A stretch of DNA of 30,873 nucleotides from Promethearchaeati archaeon (GTDB taxonomy: Archaea; Asgardarchaeota; Heimdallarchaeia; JABLTI01): the NCBI GenBank assembly GCA_013166835.1, contig JABLTI010000045.1, forward strand, positions 1 to 30,873, in the 5' to 3' direction. The position numbers were made by a program, and so were the translations under genes. This document shows positions 27,845-30,873 of this stretch, piece after piece (within the stretch, counting starts at the first letter, position 1; each line of letters starts with the position of its first letter). The notes under the pieces were generated by a model that was not told where the DNA came from, searched no databases, and saw only the letters and a list, made by a program, of their open reading frames with translations.

Positions 27845-28216
27845 TTATTTCTTCAATGCCACAAGTTTCTTGACAAGGGCATCTAATGCATCTTTAGCAT
27901 TGCCTGGATGAGTGATTCCTGCACTTGCGGAAGGACGATCTAAACCAATTGCTTTTCCAATGTCTTTCATAGATCCACAAACAACATATGGTATATTTTT
28001 CTCTTCACAGAGAAGTGGTAAGTGCATCACAATTTCTTGTGGTTGAACATCATTGGCAATTAAAACTAACTTAGCTTGATTTCTTTCTATAGCTTTAGTA
28101 GTTTCATTGGTACCTTTCTTGGTTTTACCAGTATCTCGAGCTTTCTCGAGAACTTTCAAGGCTTCTTGTTTCAATTCTTCTGGCACATCTACATTTACAT
28201 AGAATGGTTTGCTCAT
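27845..28216 (-). CDS. rpl7ae: 50S ribosomal protein L7Ae (kink-turn binding protein)
   Basis: [43 protein letters not shown]. True start is ATG 28216 (MSKPFYV) after GAGGAGG. Confidence 0.97.
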   Translation of the reverse strand: MSKPFYVNVDVPEELKQEALKVLEKARDTGKTKKGTNETTKAIERNQAKLVLIANDVQPQEIVMHLPLLCEEKNIPYVVCGSMKDIGKAIGLDRPSASAGITHPGNAKDALDALVKKLVALKK

Positions 28217-28226
28217 TGATAATATT

Positions 28227-28290
28227 CCTCCTCTAGCTTCCTCATCGCAAATCAACAGTGATAAATTGATTTACTAGTCATCGCTTGAGG
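28227..28290 (-). promoter_or_regulatory. rpl7ae 5' UTR tandem kink-turn, putative autoregulatory element
   Basis: mRNA CCUC-AAGC-GAUGA-CUA-GUAAAUCAAU-loop-GUUGAUUUGC-GAUGA-GGAA-GCU-AGAGGAGG: a 10-bp stem flanked by two opposed GAUGA motifs, with an outer stem able to pair the SD. Confidence 0.8.
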
Positions 28291-28322
28291 TAAATTTCCT
28301 AATTTGGTGACAAAAGGAACAT

Positions 28323-28337
28323 CATTTAAATCTTTCC
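28323..28337 (-). promoter_or_regulatory. BRE/TATA promoter of the rpl7ae-rps28e-rpl24e operon
   Basis: Minus strand GGAAAGA-TTTAAATG, which would place the TSS just upstream of the k-turn element. Confidence 0.6.
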
Positions 28338-29174
28338 TTAAGAAAGACTATTTTTGTTTTGTTTTTTACGAACAACAATTATTTCATCCATTAATTGTTC
28401 AAAACTGATATTTATATTTGAAGCTAGTTGTTTAAGAGAATCTGCTGCAAGCTTTGTTAATTCAGCATCTTTTTCTTCTTTCTTACTCTCTTCACTTTCC
28501 ATAATATGGAGTAAAGCATCACCAAATCGTAATACGATTGTTTTGTTTTTCAAAGGTGTTTTACATAGAGCACGAGCAACAACTTTCTGGAAGTTTTTAT
28601 TTGTAGTTGATTCAAGAAGATCTAACACTAGTTGTAAACCCGCTAAATGTCCAGTATAAATTAATACTTCGATTGCTCGACCTCTAATTTTTCCTTCAGT
28701 TTTAGTATTGTTGATTACTTGTATTAAACATTCAACACTCTTTGTATCAGCAATCTCACCAAGTAAATTAAGAGCCATAATTCTCATTTCAAAGAATTCT
28801 TCGTTATCATCAATTGTACTTGTCAATATCGAAGGTAAATCACTACCTTTGATTTTAATTAGGGCTTCTTTAGTATGAAAGGATATGGTTTTATCTTTCT
28901 CACTGAGAGCTTGTCGTAAAGCTGCAATTAGCGCCCAAGTTGCTCGAGGATCTCCAAGTCTTCCAAGCAGAACAGCAGCAAATCGTCTTATTTCAGGATG
29001 AGAATCATTTTGTAAAGCTTTAATCAATGGATCAACTGATTTTTCCTTTCCAAGTCTAAACAGTTTGCTAGCTGCACCGAATCGTTTGTTCCAATCAGGA
29101 TCACTTTCAAGAGTTTTAATGAGTGGTCCTAATTCTTCTTTAAATGGTGATTCATCTTCAAGTGAGTGATTCAT
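28338..29174 (-). CDS. HEAT-repeat (PBS lyase-like) protein
   Basis: Repeats such as DPDWNKRFGAASKLFRLG, DSHPEIRRFAAVLLGRLGDPRA, MRIMALNLLGEIAD. Confidence 0.88.
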   Translation of the reverse strand: MNHSLEDESPFKEELGPLIKTLESDPDWNKRFGAASKLFRLGKEKSVDPLIKALQNDSHPEIRRFAAVLLGRLGDPRATWALIAALRQALSEKDKTISFHTKEALIKIKGSDLPSILTSTIDDNEEFFEMRIMALNLLGEIADTKSVECLIQVINNTKTEGKIRGRAIEVLIYTGHLAGLQLVLDLLESTTNKNFQKVVARALCKTPLKNKTIVLRFGDALLHIMESEESKKEEKDAELTKLAADSLKQLASNINISFEQLMDEIIVVRKKQNKNSLS

Positions 29175-29179
29175 ATGTC

Positions 29180-30307
29180 CTAACCTCGTAAATTAATCAT
29201 TTCAAGCTCTTCGTCTAGTCCTCTGATGGTCAGCCATTCAGCTGTTTTTCCGGTAACCGTCATAGGAGCAAATTGTAGACCTTCTAATTCCTCAGCACCG
29301 ACTAAAAACATAGCTGTCTTTAATTCGTAAATAAATTGTTCCATCCAATTAATTAATTGTTTTTCTGTTCCGGAAGCCGCTAAACAAGCTAAAGGTAATG
29401 CAATACCAACCAGTTTTGCACTAATAGCTAAAGCTTTCGCGGCTTGTAAACCATTTCTGATTCCACCAGAAGAGATGATTTCGACCATATCTTGGAATTT
29501 GCTTACTTCGATAGTACTAATCGCTGTAGGAAGTCCCCAATCTTTGAATAATTCACCAACCTTTTGTTGTTTGGTAAGACCTTGTTGTTTTGCACGGATT
29601 GCTTCTATTTGAGACCAACTTGTTCCTCCAGCACCCGCAACATCAATAGCTGGAATACCGCCATCAACTAAATCCAGAGCAATATCTCGAGATATCCCAG
29701 AACCTACTTCCTTTACAATCAGTGGTTGTTTGAGTTCGTTACCTATTTCCTTTATCTTTTCAGTTAGATTGCTGAAATTTGTATTTCCTTCTGGTTGGAT
29801 AACTTCCTGTAGCGGATTTAGATGCAAGATTAGTGCATCAGCATTTATCATTTCTATTGCTTTTTCTGCATGCTTAATTGTGAAATCATTATTGAATTGA
29901 ACAGCTCCTAAATTGGCCGCTACGAAAACGCTTGGAGCTTGTTGGCGAACAACTGCGAAGGAATCTGTATTAGCTTCATCTTCTAAAGCTGCTCTCTGAC
30001 TTCCAACACCAATTCCAATTTTGTATTTCTCAGCAAGTTTAGCAAGTCGTGTGTTTATCTTTTTAGCGAGTTTTGTTCCACCAGTAATAGACGAGATAAA
30101 AATAGGGTAATCAAAATCATGTTTCAGAAATTCAGTATTCAGTTTAATATCATCAAAATTGATGTCTGGTAAAGCATTTGGAACAAAATGAATATCCTCA
30201 AAACCGGTAGAAACTGACATCTCTATATCATGTATTTTGTTGCAGCAGATTTCAATATGATCTTGTTTTCTATTTGCTGTTTCATCAGTTGTTTTCCGGT
30301 TAGTCAT
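29180..30307 (-). CDS. fni: Type 2 isopentenyl-diphosphate delta-isomerase
   Basis: RKQDHI, SSITGG, GVGSQRAA, ANLGAVQ, HLNPLQEVIQPEG, IVKEVGSG, DVAGAGGTSW, SGGIRNG. ATG 30307 has a GAGGT RBS; alternative start 30340. Confidence 0.96.
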   Translation of the reverse strand: MTNRKTTDETANRKQDHIEICCNKIHDIEMSVSTGFEDIHFVPNALPDINFDDIKLNTEFLKHDFDYPIFISSITGGTKLAKKINTRLAKLAEKYKIGIGVGSQRAALEDEANTDSFAVVRQQAPSVFVAANLGAVQFNNDFTIKHAEKAIEMINADALILHLNPLQEVIQPEGNTNFSNLTEKIKEIGNELKQPLIVKEVGSGISRDIALDLVDGGIPAIDVAGAGGTSWSQIEAIRAKQQGLTKQQKVGELFKDWGLPTAISTIEVSKFQDMVEIISSGGIRNGLQAAKALAISAKLVGIALPLACLAASGTEKQLINWMEQFIYELKTAMFLVGAEELEGLQFAPMTVTGKTAEWLTIRGLDEELEMINLRG

Positions 30308-30417
30308 ACTGATAGTACCTCGTGTTGTAGATTTAGTCATTGATCTTTAACCCGATAATGATTTTTAATTCCATATGAAAAACAGTCGAACTAGTTTAAA
30401 TGTTTTAGTCTGGATTT

Positions 30418-30873
30418 TTACAGAGAATCTAACATCTCATTATCGTCTTTGTAACCTAGTTTTTGAGCGATGTTATGTAAAGCTTCTGCTGCTGCAGCCT
30501 GAGTAAGTTTAAAATCATCATTTTCTAATGCTGTGGTTAATAATTCTACGGATTTAATGTCCCCCAAATTAGCAATTATTCCTGTAATGTGGCTTTTTAC
30601 TTCATCAGAATCCTCATTTTGAAATATAACTAAAATATCATCAAGAATAGATCCGTCTGAGCATTTTTGTAAAGCAGCAGCAGCTTGAACTCTTACTTCT
30701 TCAGATGGGTCCTCTTTCAGGTGTCTGAGAATTAGGGGGGTAAATTCTTTTGATCCAATCTTACCAAAAGCATCGATTATTGCTTCTCTCACCCAAAAGG
30801 ACTCATCTCTTTCCAAAATCGGAATCATTAATTTCGCAGCAGAAATGTTTTCGAGATTACCAATAGAATTCGC
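30418..30873 (-). CDS. HEAT-repeat protein, 5'-truncated by the window edge
   Basis: Frame stays open upstream of ATG 30828 to the edge (ANSIGNLENISAAKLMIP). Repeats DESFWVREAIIDAFGKIG and DPSEEVRVQAAAAL. Confidence 0.88.
   Translation of the reverse strand, partial: ANSIGNLENISAAKLMIPILERDESFWVREAIIDAFGKIGSKEFTPLILRHLKEDPSEEVRVQAAAALQKCSDGSILDDILVIFQNEDSDEVKSHITGIIANLGDIKSVELLTTALENDDFKLTQAAAAEALHNIAQKLGYKDDNEMLDSL

Noticed and set aside
28217-28255. 13-aa N-terminal extension of L7Ae from TTG 28255
   Set aside because: The sequence is the structured 5' UTR and SD; homology starts at MSKPFYV.
1-30873. CRISPR array, tandem repeats, inteins
   Set aside because: No regularly spaced repeats were seen by eye and protein lengths match intein-free family sizes; no computational scan was possible.

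Overview
AT-rich archaeal chromosomal window. It has TTTAAA-type TATA boxes, rpl7ae-rps28e-rpl24e, type 2 IPP isomerase, AOR and an archaeal SRP RNA. Gene content such as kynureninase, HEAT proteins and SCP2 fits an Asgard archaeon, probably Heimdallarchaeia (inference). Most genes are housekeeping or metabolic: PPDK, AOR, KynU, PepF, an MFS transporter, a membrane-anchored esterase, radical SAM, site-2 protease, TtuA, aconitase, citrate synthase and an FMN hydroxy-acid dehydrogenase. No CRISPR, tRNA, rRNA or recognisable mobile element was seen. Features missed by the ORF track: (1) a 308-nt SRP RNA with an apparent extra hairpin in helix 5; (2) a tandem double kink-turn in the rpl7ae 5' UTR positioned to sequester the Shine-Dalgarno site; (3) two genes, ppdK and ttuA, each broken by a roughly 80-nt frameshifting loss of a conserved segment, most likely assembly gaps; (4) operator-like palindromes and a 16-bp intergenic repeat. 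Also notable is an orphan type IV pilin-like gene fused to a Ca-binding loop and a PA14-like domain. I found no clear multi-gene novel system; the best leads are the pilin-adhesin and the RNA elements.
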